Notes: a model not told the origin generated them from the sequence alone. 64,000 nt of DNA from Candidatus Deferrimicrobiaceae bacterium (GCA_963792415.1 CAWBVY010000005.1:32001-96000), one strand, 5' to 3'; numbered from the stretch's first letter, positions 1 through 9,810 are shown. Program-made: numbers and translations.

Positions 1-283
1 CCTCGAAGGGATCGCCGCGCCGCTTCGGGAGGCCGGGATGCGCGTCCGCACGCTGCTGGACGAGCGGCCCCCCGCCGACGCGATCCTTCACGTGGCCACG
101 CGCGAGGAGGTCGACCTGATCGTCATGAGCACGCACGGACGCGGCGGACTTTCCCGCGTGCTGATGGGAAGCGTCGCGGAGAGCGTGTTCCGGGCGACGT
201 CGCGGACGGTGATGCTCGTGAAGCCGGAACGGCCGGCCGTCGTGACGCACGCCGACGAGGAGCTGTACCTCCATATCCCGTAG
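1..283 (+). CDS. Universal stress protein (USP), C-terminal part; 5' end outside the window
   Basis: USP motif DLIVMSTHGRGGLSRVLMGSVAESV...VMLVKP; ends TAG at 281-283. Confidence 0.9.
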   Translation, partial: LEGIAAPLREAGMRVRTLLDERPPADAILHVATREEVDLIVMSTHGRGGLSRVLMGSVAESVFRATSRTVMLVKPERPAVVTHADEELYLHIP

Positions 284-290
284 CGACCCC

Positions 291-881
291 TCACTCGGGC
301 ACGGTCGTCGCCTTCGTGATGATGACGGGCTGCAAGGGGACGTCCTGGAACATGCCCGCGTTCCCGGTGGGCACGGCGCGGATCTTGTCGACGACGTCCA
401 TCCCCTCCACGACCTTGCCGAAGACGGCGTAGCCGTACCCTTGCGGGGTCTTCGCCCGGTGGTTGAGGAAGTCGTTGTTCACCACGTTGATGAAGAATTG
501 CGCCGTCGCGGAGTCTACGACCGAGGTCCGGGCCATCGCGAGCGTGCCGCGGTCGTTCTTCAGACCGTTGTCCGCCTCGTTCTTTATCGGCGGGTGCTTC
601 GATCCGCGCTCCTTCATCTCCTTCGTGAACCCCCCGCCCTGGACCATGAAATCCCGGATCACGCGATGAAAGATCAACCCGTCGTAGTGACCTTCCTTGA
701 CGTAGGCGAGGAAGTTCTTCACGGAGACAGGCGCCTTGTCGGGGTACAACTCGACCTTGATCACACCGAGGCTTGTTTCGAGGATCACCACGGGCTTGCC
801 TCCTTTGCGGGCGGTTTCGGCGCCGAACGCGATCCCGAAGCAGAGGAGCATAATCCCTGCGATCATGAGCGGTTTCCGCAT
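291..881 (-). CDS. ppiA: Cyclophilin-type peptidyl-prolyl cis-trans isomerase with signal peptide
   Basis: [39 protein letters not shown] motifs; hydrophobic N-terminus after ATG 881. Confidence 0.92.
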   Translation of the reverse strand: MRKPLMIAGIMLLCFGIAFGAETARKGGKPVVILETSLGVIKVELYPDKAPVSVKNFLAYVKEGHYDGLIFHRVIRDFMVQGGGFTKEMKERGSKHPPIKNEADNGLKNDRGTLAMARTSVVDSATAQFFINVVNNDFLNHRAKTPQGYGYAVFGKVVEGMDVVDKIRAVPTGNAGMFQDVPLQPVIITKATTVPE

Positions 882-1005
882 CGAAGACCCCCGGTTCCCT
901 TGAGATTGCTTCATTGTATTCGAAACCTCCGGACGGTGGAAGCGTTCCCGCCGATTCCTTCGGGGCGGGGTGTAACCCTTTGGCCGTTTCCCGCGCCCTT
1001 ATGTC

Positions 1006-1011
1006 TATAAT
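1006..1011 (+). promoter_or_regulatory. Consensus -10 box (TATAAT) 7 nt before the TolC ATG; candidate leaderless promoter
   Basis: TATAAT at 1006-1011, ATG at 1019, no Shine-Dalgarno in between; no clear -35. Confidence 0.45.
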
Positions 1012-1018
1012 GTACCGG

Positions 1019-2533
1019 ATGACGAATCCCTTGAAGATCCCTTTGCTGCGCGGACTGTTGCTTCTCCTCGCGGTCCTCTGCGCTTCCCCCTTCTCCGCCG
1101 CCGGCGCCGAACCCCTGGCGCTGTCGGTCGAGGACGCCGTCCGAATGGCCGTGGAGAAGAACCTGGGGCTGCAGGTGGCAACCTACTCCCCCGCCATCGC
1201 CGAAACGGGGATCCGGAAGGCGCACGCGATCTACGATCCCCTCCTTTCGGCCCTGGTCGACCACCAGGGAACGAACGCCCAGGCGGCCCCGGAATCGTTC
1301 TTTGTCGACCAGCAGCGCGATTTCCGATTCGACGCGTCGATCACGCAGCTGCTCCCTACGGGGGCGACGACGGCGCTCTCCTTCAACAATATCTGGTCCA
1401 TGGACAACCTGCGCCTTCCGACCTCCCGCTACGCACAGCCGCGGCTCACCCTGTCGCTCTCCCAACCGCTCCTCCAGGGGCTGGGCCGCGAGGTGACGGA
1501 GCGCGGGATCACCACGGCGGACGACGCGATGGATTCCTCCCTCGCGGATTGGACCCAGCAGGCGCTGAACACCGCCGCGACCGCCAGGAACCAGTACCTG
1601 CTCCTCGTGATGACCCGGGAAAGCCTGGCGACGCGGCAGGCCACCCTGGACCTCGCCCGCGAGATCCAGGCCCAGAACGAGGGGCGCGTCGCCGCCGGAG
1701 CGCTGGCCGCGTACCAGATCCAGGATTCCCGGCTGGGGGTGCTCCAGGCGCAGAAGAACCTCCTGGACGCGCAACGCGCCGAAAAGGACGCCGCCGACCA
1801 GCTCCGCACCACGCTGCACCTGCCGGCAGGCATCGACATCGCGACCACCGAACCCCCTCTTCCCGAAACGTCGGAAGAGTCCGAATCCGAGGCGCTGCGG
1901 ACCGCGATGCTGCGGCGCCCCGACGTCGTGAAGGCGCGCATTTCCGTCCGCACCGCGGAATTCAACGAGAAGGTATCCCGCAACCTCGCCCTTCCCTCCC
2001 TCGCGCTGCAGGGAAGCGCCGGTGTCACGGGGCTCGATTCGGCCTACGGGGACGCGATCGCCGACCTGGGCAGCACCCGATACCCCACCTGGTCCGTCGG
2101 GTTGAGCTTCTCCGTCCCGATCGGGAACAACTCCGCCCGCGCGGACGTCGCGGCGAACCGGCTGATCGCAAGCCAGGCGCGGACCCAGCTCGCGGCGGCC
2201 GAGGAGTCGGCGGGGCTCGAGGTCCGCACCGCCCTGCGCGCCCTGGCCTCCGCGCGCGAGCAGATCGGAGTGACCGAACAGGGAGTGACGGCCGCGGAGG
2301 TCGTGGTGGCCTCGTACCGGAAGCGACAACAGCTGGGGCTGGCCACCACCAAGGACGTCCTTGACGTCGTCGCCGTCCTGACGCAGGCCCGGGAGAACTA
2401 CACCGTGGCGCGAGCGAGTTATCAGTCCGCGTTCACGAACCTGTGGAAGGCCACCGGGGAGCTGCTCGACCGGGAGGGGATCCGGCAAAAGGGAAACGCC
2501 ATCGCATCCAGGGAACGGAAGGAAACTCCATGA
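1019..2533 (+). CDS. TolC-family outer membrane efflux protein
   Basis: Signal peptide, LSVEDAVRMAVEKN, LSQPLLQG, RRPDV and LPSL..G OEP repeats; first gene of an MFP/ABC operon; start is approximate. Confidence 0.88.
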   Translation: MTNPLKIPLLRGLLLLLAVLCASPFSAAGAEPLALSVEDAVRMAVEKNLGLQVATYSPAIAETGIRKAHAIYDPLLSALVDHQGTNAQAAPESFFVDQQRDFRFDASITQLLPTGATTALSFNNIWSMDNLRLPTSRYAQPRLTLSLSQPLLQGLGREVTERGITTADDAMDSSLADWTQQALNTAATARNQYLLLVMTRESLATRQATLDLAREIQAQNEGRVAAGALAAYQIQDSRLGVLQAQKNLLDAQRAEKDAADQLRTTLHLPAGIDIATTEPPLPETSEESESEALRTAMLRRPDVVKARISVRTAEFNEKVSRNLALPSLALQGSAGVTGLDSAYGDAIADLGSTRYPTWSVGLSFSVPIGNNSARADVAANRLIASQARTQLAAAEESAGLEVRTALRALASAREQIGVTEQGVTAAEVVVASYRKRQQLGLATTKDVLDVVAVLTQARENYTVARASYQSAFTNLWKATGELLDREGIRQKGNAIASRERKETP

Positions 2534-3729
2534 GGAAGCTTATGATCGGGGTCGTCGTGGCGGTTGCAGTCGCCGGCGCGGCGTACCTCTACTTGAAGAA
2601 GGAAAACGGCGCGCCCACGTTCCGTACGGCGAAGGTCGAACGGGGGGATATCGTCGACACCATCACCGCGACGGGGAACATCAACGCCGTGACCACCGTT
2701 TCCGTCGGGAGCCAGATCTCGGGGACGATCCAGAAGCTCTTCGTCGACTACAATTCCCGCGTGCGGAAGGGAGAGGTGATCGCCCAGATCGACCCCCAGC
2801 TGCTCGAAGCCTCGGTCACCCAGGCGCTGGGGAACTTCGAAAACGCGAAGGCCTCCCTCGAGAAGGCGAAGGTTGTCGTCACGGACGCGGAGCGGACGTA
2901 CCGGAGGAACCGGGAGCTTCTCCCCGACGGCTTCGTCGCCCAGTCCGACGTCGACGCGGCGCAGACCGCCTACGACCAGGCGGTCGCGGGGCGGAAAAGC
3001 GCCGAGGCCGTGGTGACGCAGTCCGCGGGGGCGCTCAAGATCGCCCAGACGAACCTGGAGTACGCCACGATCCGCTCGCCGGTCGACGGGATCGTCATCT
3101 CCCGCAGCGTCGACGTCGGGCAGACGGTGGCGGCCTCCTTCCAGACGCCGACCCTGTTTTCGATCGCGCAGGACCTGACGAAGATGCAGATCGACACGAA
3201 CGTCGACGAGTCGGACATCGGCCGCGCCGTCGAGGGGCAGACCGTGGTCTTCACGGTGGACGCGTGGCCCGCGAAGACCTTCACGGGCGTCGTGTCCCAG
3301 GTCCGGAACGCGCCGATCATCACGCAGAACGTGGTCACCTACGACGTCGTGATCCTCGTCGACAACCGGGAACTCCTGCTCAAGCCCGGGATGACGACGA
3401 ACGTCACGATCCAGGTGAAGAAGTTCGAGAACGTCCTGAAGATCCCCAACGCCGCGATGCGGTACCGGCCGGCCGATACATCGAAGGAACCCGGCGGAGG
3501 GACGGCGGGAAGGAAGAAGGAGCCCATGGGCCAGCGGGTCTACGTCATCGGGAAGGACAGGAAGCTCCGGGCGGTCCCCATAAAGGCCGGCGTTTCCGAC
3601 GGCGCGTTCACGGAACTCACGGGGGGGGACCTGAAAGAGGGAGACCTCCTGGTCACCGGCGAGGCGCCGAAGGGATCTTCCCCTTCCGGCGGAACCCCCC
3701 CGGGAATGGGCTTCGGGAGATTCCGGTGA
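2530..3729 (+). CDS. Efflux periplasmic adaptor subunit (MacA-like MFP)
   Basis: N-terminal TM anchor, VGSQISGTIQKLFVDYNSRVRKG, IRSPVDGIVISRSVDVGQTVAASFQTPTLF, LKPGMT; ATGA overlap with tolC. Confidence 0.92.
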   Translation: MRKLMIGVVVAVAVAGAAYLYLKKENGAPTFRTAKVERGDIVDTITATGNINAVTTVSVGSQISGTIQKLFVDYNSRVRKGEVIAQIDPQLLEASVTQALGNFENAKASLEKAKVVVTDAERTYRRNRELLPDGFVAQSDVDAAQTAYDQAVAGRKSAEAVVTQSAGALKIAQTNLEYATIRSPVDGIVISRSVDVGQTVAASFQTPTLFSIAQDLTKMQIDTNVDESDIGRAVEGQTVVFTVDAWPAKTFTGVVSQVRNAPIITQNVVTYDVVILVDNRELLLKPGMTTNVTIQVKKFENVLKIPNAAMRYRPADTSKEPGGGTAGRKKEPMGQRVYVIGKDRKLRAVPIKAGVSDGAFTELTGGDLKEGDLLVTGEAPKGSSPSGGTPPGMGFGRFR

Positions 3730-3738
3730 GGCCCTGAC

Positions 3739-4470
3739 GTGTCCACCGCGACGATCGAGCTTCGTGGAGTCTCCAAGACCTACCTGCTCGGGGACGTGCA
3801 GGTGGAAGCCCTCAAGGGAGTGGACCTGTCCATCGCCAAGGGCGAATTCCTCGCCGTGATGGGCCCCTCGGGGTCGGGGAAGTCGACGCTGATGAATATC
3901 CTCGGGTGCCTCGACCGGCCCACCACGGGCAGCTACCGGCTCGACGGCGAGGAGATCGGGACCCTGTCGCGGGACGGCCGCGCGGTGATACGGCGCAACA
4001 AGCTCGGCTTCGTCTTCCAGGGGTTCAACCTCCTCCCCCGCCTCTCCGGGCAGGAGAACGTCGAGCTGCCGATGATCTACGACAACACGCCGGCCTCCGT
4101 TCGCCGCGAAAAGGCGCGCAAGGCGCTTTCCTCCCTCGGCCTGGGCGATCGCGGGCACCACCTCCCGAGCCAGCTCTCGGGTGGCCAGCAGCAACGCGTG
4201 GCGATCGCGCGTGCGATCGTCAACACCCCGTCCCTCCTCCTCGCCGACGAACCCACCGGGAACCTCGACTCGGTCACCAGCGACGAGATCATGGGGATCT
4301 TCCAGCGTCTCAACGACGAGCTCGGGATCACCCTCGTCCTCGTCACCCACGAGCCGGACATTTCGCGGTTCGCGCGCCGGGTGATCCGGTTCCGGGACGG
4401 GAATCTCGTCGAGGATCGTCCGGTCGGGAACCGCCGCACGCCCCCCGCGGCGACAGGAGGCCCCGCATGA
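3739..4470 (+). CDS. ABC transporter ATP-binding protein (MacB/LolD-like)
   Basis: Walker A GPSGSGKST, signature LSGGQQQRVAIARA, Walker B LLADEPTGNLD. Confidence 0.95.
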   Translation: MSTATIELRGVSKTYLLGDVQVEALKGVDLSIAKGEFLAVMGPSGSGKSTLMNILGCLDRPTTGSYRLDGEEIGTLSRDGRAVIRRNKLGFVFQGFNLLPRLSGQENVELPMIYDNTPASVRREKARKALSSLGLGDRGHHLPSQLSGGQQQRVAIARAIVNTPSLLLADEPTGNLDSVTSDEIMGIFQRLNDELGITLVLVTHEPDISRFARRVIRFRDGNLVEDRPVGNRRTPPAATGGPA

Positions 4471-5693
4471 ACCTGTACTCCGCGGGAAAAGTCTCGTTCC
4501 GGTCGCTCCGCGCGAACAAGATGCGGTCGGTCCTGACGATGCTGGGGATGATCATCGGCGTGGCGGCGGTCATCATCATGGTCGCGATCGGCGCGGGAGC
4601 CAACGAGCGGATCGCCGCCCAGATCGCCTCCGTGGGCTCGAACCTGCTGCTCGTGCTCCCGGGGAGCACCACGTCGGGAGGGTTGCGGTCCGGCCACGGG
4701 AGCACCCCCACCTTGACGATGGAGGACGCCAAGGCGATAGAGAAAGAGCTCCCCGCGGTGGCGCTGGCATCCCCCTCGTCCCGCACCAGCGGGCCGGTGG
4801 TCTACGGAAACCAGAACTGGAGCACGATTCTCCAGGGGGTTTCCCCCGAATATTTCGAGATGCGCGACTGGAATACCCTCGAGGGGAGATTTTTCACGCT
4901 GCAGGAGATGGACGCGGCCGTGAAGGTCTGCGTGCTGGGCACCACCGTGGCCGAAAACCTCTTCGGCCCGGAGAGCCCCGTGGGGAAGATCGTCCGGATC
5001 AAGCGCGCCCCCTTCACCGTGGTCGGGGTGCTCGAATCGAAGGGGCAGTCCCCGAACGGCCAGGACCAGGACGACATCGTGATCGTCCCCGTCACGACCC
5101 TGATCAAGAAACTCGCCGGCAGCGCCCACTCGCGGTCGATCGGCGTCGTCCTCGTACAGGCCGTCGACGGGGACAGCGTCAAGGAGGCGGAGCGGGAGGT
5201 GACCTCCCTGCTCCGGCAGCGCCACCGGATCGGCACGGGGCAGGACGACGACTTCTCCGTCCGGAACCTCTCCGAGATGCTGGCCCTGGCCGAGTCGGCC
5301 ACGCGGATCATGAGCCTCCTCCTCGGCGGGATCGCCTCCGTGTCCCTGGTGGTCGGCGGGATCGGGATCATGAACATCATGCTGGTGTCGGTGACGGAGA
5401 GGACGCGGGAGATCGGGATCCGGATGGCGGTGGGCGCGAGGGAGCGCGACATCCTCTCCCAGTTCCTGATCGAGGCGGTCCTTCTGTCCCTCACGGGAGG
5501 CGCGATCGGGATCGTGATCGGGGCGGCCGGGGCGGTCCTCATCTCCCGGCTCGCGGGGTGGTCCACGCTCATCTCGCCCGCCGCCGCCTTCCTCGCTTTC
5601 GGCTTCTCCGCCGCGGTGGGCGTCTTCTTCGGCTTCTACCCGGCGCGGAAGGCGTCGCGGATGGACCCCATCGAGGCGCTCCGGTACGAGTAA
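4467..5693 (+). CDS. ABC transporter permease (MacB/FtsX-like)
   Basis: RSVLTMLGMIIGVAAVI, GGIGIMNIMLVSVTERTREIGIR, PARKASRMDPIEALRYE; ATGA overlap, SD AGGAGG. Confidence 0.95.
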   Translation: MNLYSAGKVSFRSLRANKMRSVLTMLGMIIGVAAVIIMVAIGAGANERIAAQIASVGSNLLLVLPGSTTSGGLRSGHGSTPTLTMEDAKAIEKELPAVALASPSSRTSGPVVYGNQNWSTILQGVSPEYFEMRDWNTLEGRFFTLQEMDAAVKVCVLGTTVAENLFGPESPVGKIVRIKRAPFTVVGVLESKGQSPNGQDQDDIVIVPVTTLIKKLAGSAHSRSIGVVLVQAVDGDSVKEAEREVTSLLRQRHRIGTGQDDDFSVRNLSEMLALAESATRIMSLLLGGIASVSLVVGGIGIMNIMLVSVTERTREIGIRMAVGARERDILSQFLIEAVLLSLTGGAIGIVIGAAGAVLISRLAGWSTLISPAAAFLAFGFSAAVGVFFGFYPARKASRMDPIEALRYE

Positions 5694-5697
5694 ACCG

Positions 5698-6408
5698 TCA
5701 CTCTTGCGGACCGGGGAATCGGACGGTAATGGACGCGTGGACCGGCCCCTTTTCGGCGGACGGGCGGCGGGCGCTCACGCGGACCTCGGTCACCGGCCCC
5801 CTCGGGGAGCGACCGTATGCGGCCTTGAAATCGTCGGCGAGACGGCGGTTCGAGGAGATCGTCTTTCCCGCCTCCTCCGGCCCCGCGACGACGAACACCG
5901 TATTCTCTTCCATGAGACGATACATCGATCCGACCGGGAGCCCGTTCCCCCACGCGTAGGTCAGACGGATCCCGGACGGGGTGAACCCGCCCCACACCTG
6001 TTTCAGGAACAGCACGGTGCGCCGCTTCCAACCGAGATTCAACGAATCGGTCCCGAAGACGAAGGTGGCGGAGGCGGGAAAGATCGCCTCGGCGGGCAGG
6101 TAGTCGTTCCTCCGGGAGTTCCCCTCCCCGAGGTTGACGTTGTCCACGACGAAGCGGAGCGCGGCGGAACCGGGCGCCCAGCGGCCGACGTGCCGGTACG
6201 ATACTCCCGTCCCGGGGGCCATCGTCACCTCGACGGAGATCCCGTTGTCGGTCGCCCCGACGTGGCGCTCCGGAAGAGCCCCGAACCGCCTCGCCGGCGA
6301 TTCTTCCCAGTTTCCGAGGCCCTCTCCCGCCGCGAAGATCCGCCCGGACGAGGCGGACAGCGCGGCGAAACCCAGCAGGAGCAGCGCGATCTTACGCATC
6401 TTCGCCAC
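5698..6408 (-). CDS. Exported hypothetical protein, DUF3047-like
   Basis: Signal peptide MRKIALLLLGFAALSA; LTYAWGNGLPVG...RRLADDFKAAYG resembles the DUF3047 core (recognition from memory). Confidence 0.55.
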   Translation of the reverse strand: MAKMRKIALLLLGFAALSASSGRIFAAGEGLGNWEESPARRFGALPERHVGATDNGISVEVTMAPGTGVSYRHVGRWAPGSAALRFVVDNVNLGEGNSRRNDYLPAEAIFPASATFVFGTDSLNLGWKRRTVLFLKQVWGGFTPSGIRLTYAWGNGLPVGSMYRLMEENTVFVVAGPEEAGKTISSNRRLADDFKAAYGRSPRGPVTEVRVSARRPSAEKGPVHASITVRFPGPQE

Positions 6409-7147
6409 GCTCCTCCGCCCGACGCAGAACTTCGTACCCGATCCCCGAGAGGAGTTTCGTGAAGTGCGCGGCGCACGCGTCCGTCCGCCCGAATCGGTCG
6501 CCGCGGAACACCACCCGGACGCGATACTCCCCGTCGCTCATCGGGTACGAACCGATGCCGACGTCGGGGAAGACGGTCATCGCCTCCCGCATGATCCCGG
6601 CGTAGGACGATTCCGGCGCCATCGCGAACAGGGTGACCCGGCTCTTCCGCCGGCTGGAGACCATCGGCTTCACCCACTCGAACATCGCCTGCAGCATGCG
6701 CGGGACCCCGGGGAAGACCGCCATCCCGTCGATGAAGAAACCGGGAGCCGGGGAGAGGGGGTTCGGGATCAGCGTCGCGCCTTGTGGAACCTGGGCCATC
6801 AGCATCCGGTACTCCGGGTTCGACCCCTTGTACGGCCGGGCCTCCAGCGCCGCCTTCGCCTCCGGGTGGACGATCAGAGGAACCCCGGCGACCTCGGCCA
6901 CCGCGTCCCGGGTGATATCGTCGGGGGTCGGCCCGATCCCGCCGGTCAGAACGAGCAGATCGACCTCCTCGCGGAACCGGCGCAGGTGCCGCACCACCAC
7001 GGGGATGTCGTCCGGAAGGATCGCGCACAGCGCCGTCTCCGCCCCCCATTCGGCCAACTGCGGGATCATGTAGGCGAGGTTCGCCTCCCGGATCTCCCCC
7101 TTCAGCACCTCGTCGCCGAGGATGACGATCCCCACTCTCGTCGCCAT
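6392..7147 (-). CDS. CinA-like / molybdopterin-binding-domain protein
   Basis: GIVILGDEVLKG, TGGIGPTPDDITRDAVA, FPGVP, IGSYP motifs. Confidence 0.88.
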   Translation of the reverse strand: MATRVGIVILGDEVLKGEIREANLAYMIPQLAEWGAETALCAILPDDIPVVVRHLRRFREEVDLLVLTGGIGPTPDDITRDAVAEVAGVPLIVHPEAKAALEARPYKGSNPEYRMLMAQVPQGATLIPNPLSPAPGFFIDGMAVFPGVPRMLQAMFEWVKPMVSSRRKSRVTLFAMAPESSYAGIMREAMTVFPDVGIGSYPMSDGEYRVRVVFRGDRFGRTDACAAHFTKLLSGIGYEVLRRAEERGEDA

Positions 7148-7200
7148 GCATTTCCCCCGTTGGAATATTTCTATCTTACCCCGTGATGGGGCTAAAATCA

Positions 7201-7230
7201 TTGACATCCCCTTTGTCGAATCGTTACCGT
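7201..7230 (+). promoter_or_regulatory. Putative sigma70 promoter of purMN
   Basis: TTGACA (7201-7206), 18-nt spacer, TACCGT (7225-7230), in an AT-rich divergent intergenic gap. Confidence 0.55.
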
Positions 7231-7256
7231 GGGGTACATTCCATCCGGAGCGCATC

Positions 7257-8312
7257 TTGAAAAAACCCGTGACGTACAGAACCGCCGGCGTCGACATCGA
7301 CGAGGGGGAACGCCTCGTGCGCCGGATCCGCCCGATGGTCCGGACGACGCACCGCAGGGAGGTGCTGGGGGAGATCGGCTCGTTCGCGGGCTTCTTTCGC
7401 TTCCCCGCGCGGAAGTACCGCGACCCGGTCCTCGTCTCCGGCACCGACGGCGTGGGAACCAAGGTCAAGGTCGCCGCGGCGGCAGGAAAGTTCGACACGG
7501 TGGGGATCGACCTCGTCGCCATGTGCGTCAACGACATCCTTGTCCACGGCGCCGAGCCGCTCTTCTTCCTCGACTACTACGCCACCGGGAAGCTTTCTGC
7601 CGACCACGGGGCCCAGGTCGTCTCGGGCGTCGCGGAAGGGTGCCGGCAGGCCGGCTGCGCCCTGCTCGGGGGGGAGACCGCGGAGATGCCCTCGGTCTAC
7701 GCCCGGGGAGAGTTCGACCTCGCGGGATTCGCGGTGGGAGCGGTGGACCGCAAAAAAATCGTCGACGGGGGCGAAGTTCGCCCCGGCGACCTGCTCGTGG
7801 GGCTTTCCTCCTCCGGTCTCCACAGCAACGGGTACTCCCTTGCGAGGAAGGTCGTCTTCGACATCCTCGGCAAGCGGATCGGCCAGCGCGTCCCCGAGTG
7901 GGGCGCAACGGTCGCGGAGGAGCTTCTGCGCCCCACCCGCATCTACGTGCGCCCCGTCCTTTCCCTGCTCCGGAAGATGACGATCCTCGGCATGGCCCAC
8001 ATCACCGGGGGAGGGATCACCGGGAACGTCCCGCGTTCCCTGCCGGACGGCGTCACGGCGGTCGTCGACCGTTCCACGTGGGAAGTCCCCCCCGTTTTCC
8101 GCACGATCTGCGCGGCGGCGCGCCTGCCCGACGGGGAGGCGTTCCGCACCTTCAACATGGGGATCGGGATGGTGCTCATGCTCCGGCCGGTGGACGCGGA
8201 TCGGGCGGTCGCCCATTTCCGTCGCGCCGGTGTTCCGGCCACCGTGATCGGGGAGATCCGGAAGGGACGCCGCCGGAAACCGGACGTGACCTTCGCGGGA
8301 GGTGAACGATGA
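7257..8312 (+). CDS. purM: Phosphoribosylformylglycinamidine cyclo-ligase (AIR synthetase)
   Basis: TYRTAGVDI, SGTDGVGTK, GIDLVAMCVND, GGETAEMP, SSGLHSNGYSL, HITGGG, FNMGIG; TTG start after GGAG. Confidence 0.97.
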   Translation: MKKPVTYRTAGVDIDEGERLVRRIRPMVRTTHRREVLGEIGSFAGFFRFPARKYRDPVLVSGTDGVGTKVKVAAAAGKFDTVGIDLVAMCVNDILVHGAEPLFFLDYYATGKLSADHGAQVVSGVAEGCRQAGCALLGGETAEMPSVYARGEFDLAGFAVGAVDRKKIVDGGEVRPGDLLVGLSSSGLHSNGYSLARKVVFDILGKRIGQRVPEWGATVAEELLRPTRIYVRPVLSLLRKMTILGMAHITGGGITGNVPRSLPDGVTAVVDRSTWEVPPVFRTICAAARLPDGEAFRTFNMGIGMVLMLRPVDADRAVAHFRRAGVPATVIGEIRKGRRRKPDVTFAGGER

Positions 8313-8965
8313 ACGACCGGCCGGTCATCGCAGTCCTCGTCTCCGGGAGCGGCTCCAACCTGCAGGCGATCATCGACGCCTCCGAGCGTGGGGAGATCCC
8401 CGGGCGGGTCGGCCTGGTGCTGAGCAACAAGGCGGACGCCTACGGGCTCGAGCGGGCCCGGAAGCACGGGATCCCGACCTCGGTGGTGGACCACAAGGGG
8501 TTCGGGAGCCGGGAGGAGTTCGACGCGAAGATGGCGGAGGTGATCCGGGCCTCGGGGGCCGTCCTCGTCTGCCTGGCGGGCTTCATGCGGGTGGTGACGC
8601 CGGTCTTCCTTCGGGCGTTCCCGCACCGGATCCTCAACATCCACCCGGCGCTGCTCCCCTCCTTCCCGGGAACCCACGGGCCGGCGCAGGCGCTCCGGTA
8701 CGGCGTCCGGTTCTCGGGGTGCACCGTCCACTTCCTCGACGAGGGGGTGGACACCGGGCCGATCATCGTACAGGCGGTCGTCCCGGTGCACGAGGACGAC
8801 ACGGAGGAGACGCTCGCCGCCCGGATCCTCAAGGAGGAGCACCGGATCTACCCGATGGCGATCCGGCTGTTTCTCGAGGGGAGGCTCGCCGTCGAGGGGA
8901 GAAAGGTGTTCACGAAGGACGCGGAAAAGATCCCCGACTTCTCCCGGCGCAACCCCGACGCCTAG
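8309..8965 (+). CDS. purN: Phosphoribosylglycinamide formyltransferase
   Basis: SGSGSNLQA, LAGFMR, NIHPALLPSFPG, GCTVHF, DTGPII. Confidence 0.97.
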   Translation: MNDRPVIAVLVSGSGSNLQAIIDASERGEIPGRVGLVLSNKADAYGLERARKHGIPTSVVDHKGFGSREEFDAKMAEVIRASGAVLVCLAGFMRVVTPVFLRAFPHRILNIHPALLPSFPGTHGPAQALRYGVRFSGCTVHFLDEGVDTGPIIVQAVVPVHEDDTEETLAARILKEEHRIYPMAIRLFLEGRLAVEGRKVFTKDAEKIPDFSRRNPDA

Positions 8966-8969
8966 GAAG

Positions 8970-9157
8970 GCGCTGTAAAGGGACGGTCCCGCGGAGTCGC
9001 CGTAGGAGGGGGGGCGAAGTGAGGTAAAGCGCCCCACTTCCGGACGAAATACGCTCCCTGGGGTACCCCCGCTGTAGGAAGAACGGGGGGCACAGCCGTG
9101 CAGGTTCATCGCACGGCGAGCCACGAACGGAGCCCCGCCCTCCGAGGCGACGCAGCC
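8970..9157 (+). repeat. Modular intergenic repeat, locus 1 (modules A-B-C)
   Basis: 9049-9157 matches the reverse complement of 13427-13535 at 107/109 nt (hand alignment); contains GGGGTACCCC (9060-9069) and hairpin GCCGTGC/GCACGGC; lies between convergent purN and ydcF-like genes. Confidence 0.92.
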
Positions 9158-9162
9158 CAGCC

Positions 9163-9766
9163 TCATTCCCACCGGAGCAGGATCCGGTACCCCCAATATT
9201 TCCACCCCTCGAGGAAGTGCCGCCTCGCCCACCGCCAGGAAGCGCCCGCGCCCCCCTCGGGGCCCACCCGGATCGCGGAGAGCGACACGTCCCTGCGGGA
9301 GGACCTTTCGAAAGACGAGAACCGCGCGGGGGATGTGGTAGTCGGAGGTCACGAGGATGACCGAGGAGTATTTCCCCTCCCCCACCGCGAATTTCGCGGA
9401 GAAGGCGTTTTCGAGCGTGTTCTCGGACCACCCCTCCACGTGAACCCGCGAAAGCGCCTCGGCGCTAATCCGTGAAACTTCCGGCATGATTTGCGTGACA
9501 GGGACCTTTCGTCCCGCGCCGAGGATGTACAGCTCCCTCGCCGCGCCGCCGGACCAGGCGCGGAATCCCTCCTGGATCCTCCCCACACCGCCCGTGAGCA
9601 CGAAGATCGCATCCGCCGGACGCGTTGGGGGGGGGGGATCCCGTAACGATAAAAGGTGGGGAACCACCGGGGGCAGGAAGAGGAGGACGAGGAGGAAAAG
9701 GATCGGCCGGAGAAATCTTCCCCTGATTCGACGGCGACCGGAATAAAGGGGGGATTGTGTATTCAT
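9163..9766 (-). pseudogene. YdcF/DUF218-family protein with a single-base frameshift near 9291-9293
   Basis: ADAIFVLTGG..RI, SENTLENA, ILVTSDYHIPRA in one frame; plausible C-terminus DVSLSAIRV...EGWKYWGYRILLRWE* in the +1 frame ending at TGA 9163-9165; total length 3n+1. Confidence 0.75.
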
Positions 9767-9810
9767 GGCGTCCGTGGTAAAAGGTATGGTTTGAATTTAC
9801 GGAGGAAACC

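Noticed and set aside
9003-9027. SD (AGGAGG) plus GTG AGG TAA mini-ORF inside repeat module A
   Set aside because: The start-stop part is missing from the copies at 13.5 kb and 42.05 kb, so it is not a conserved feature.
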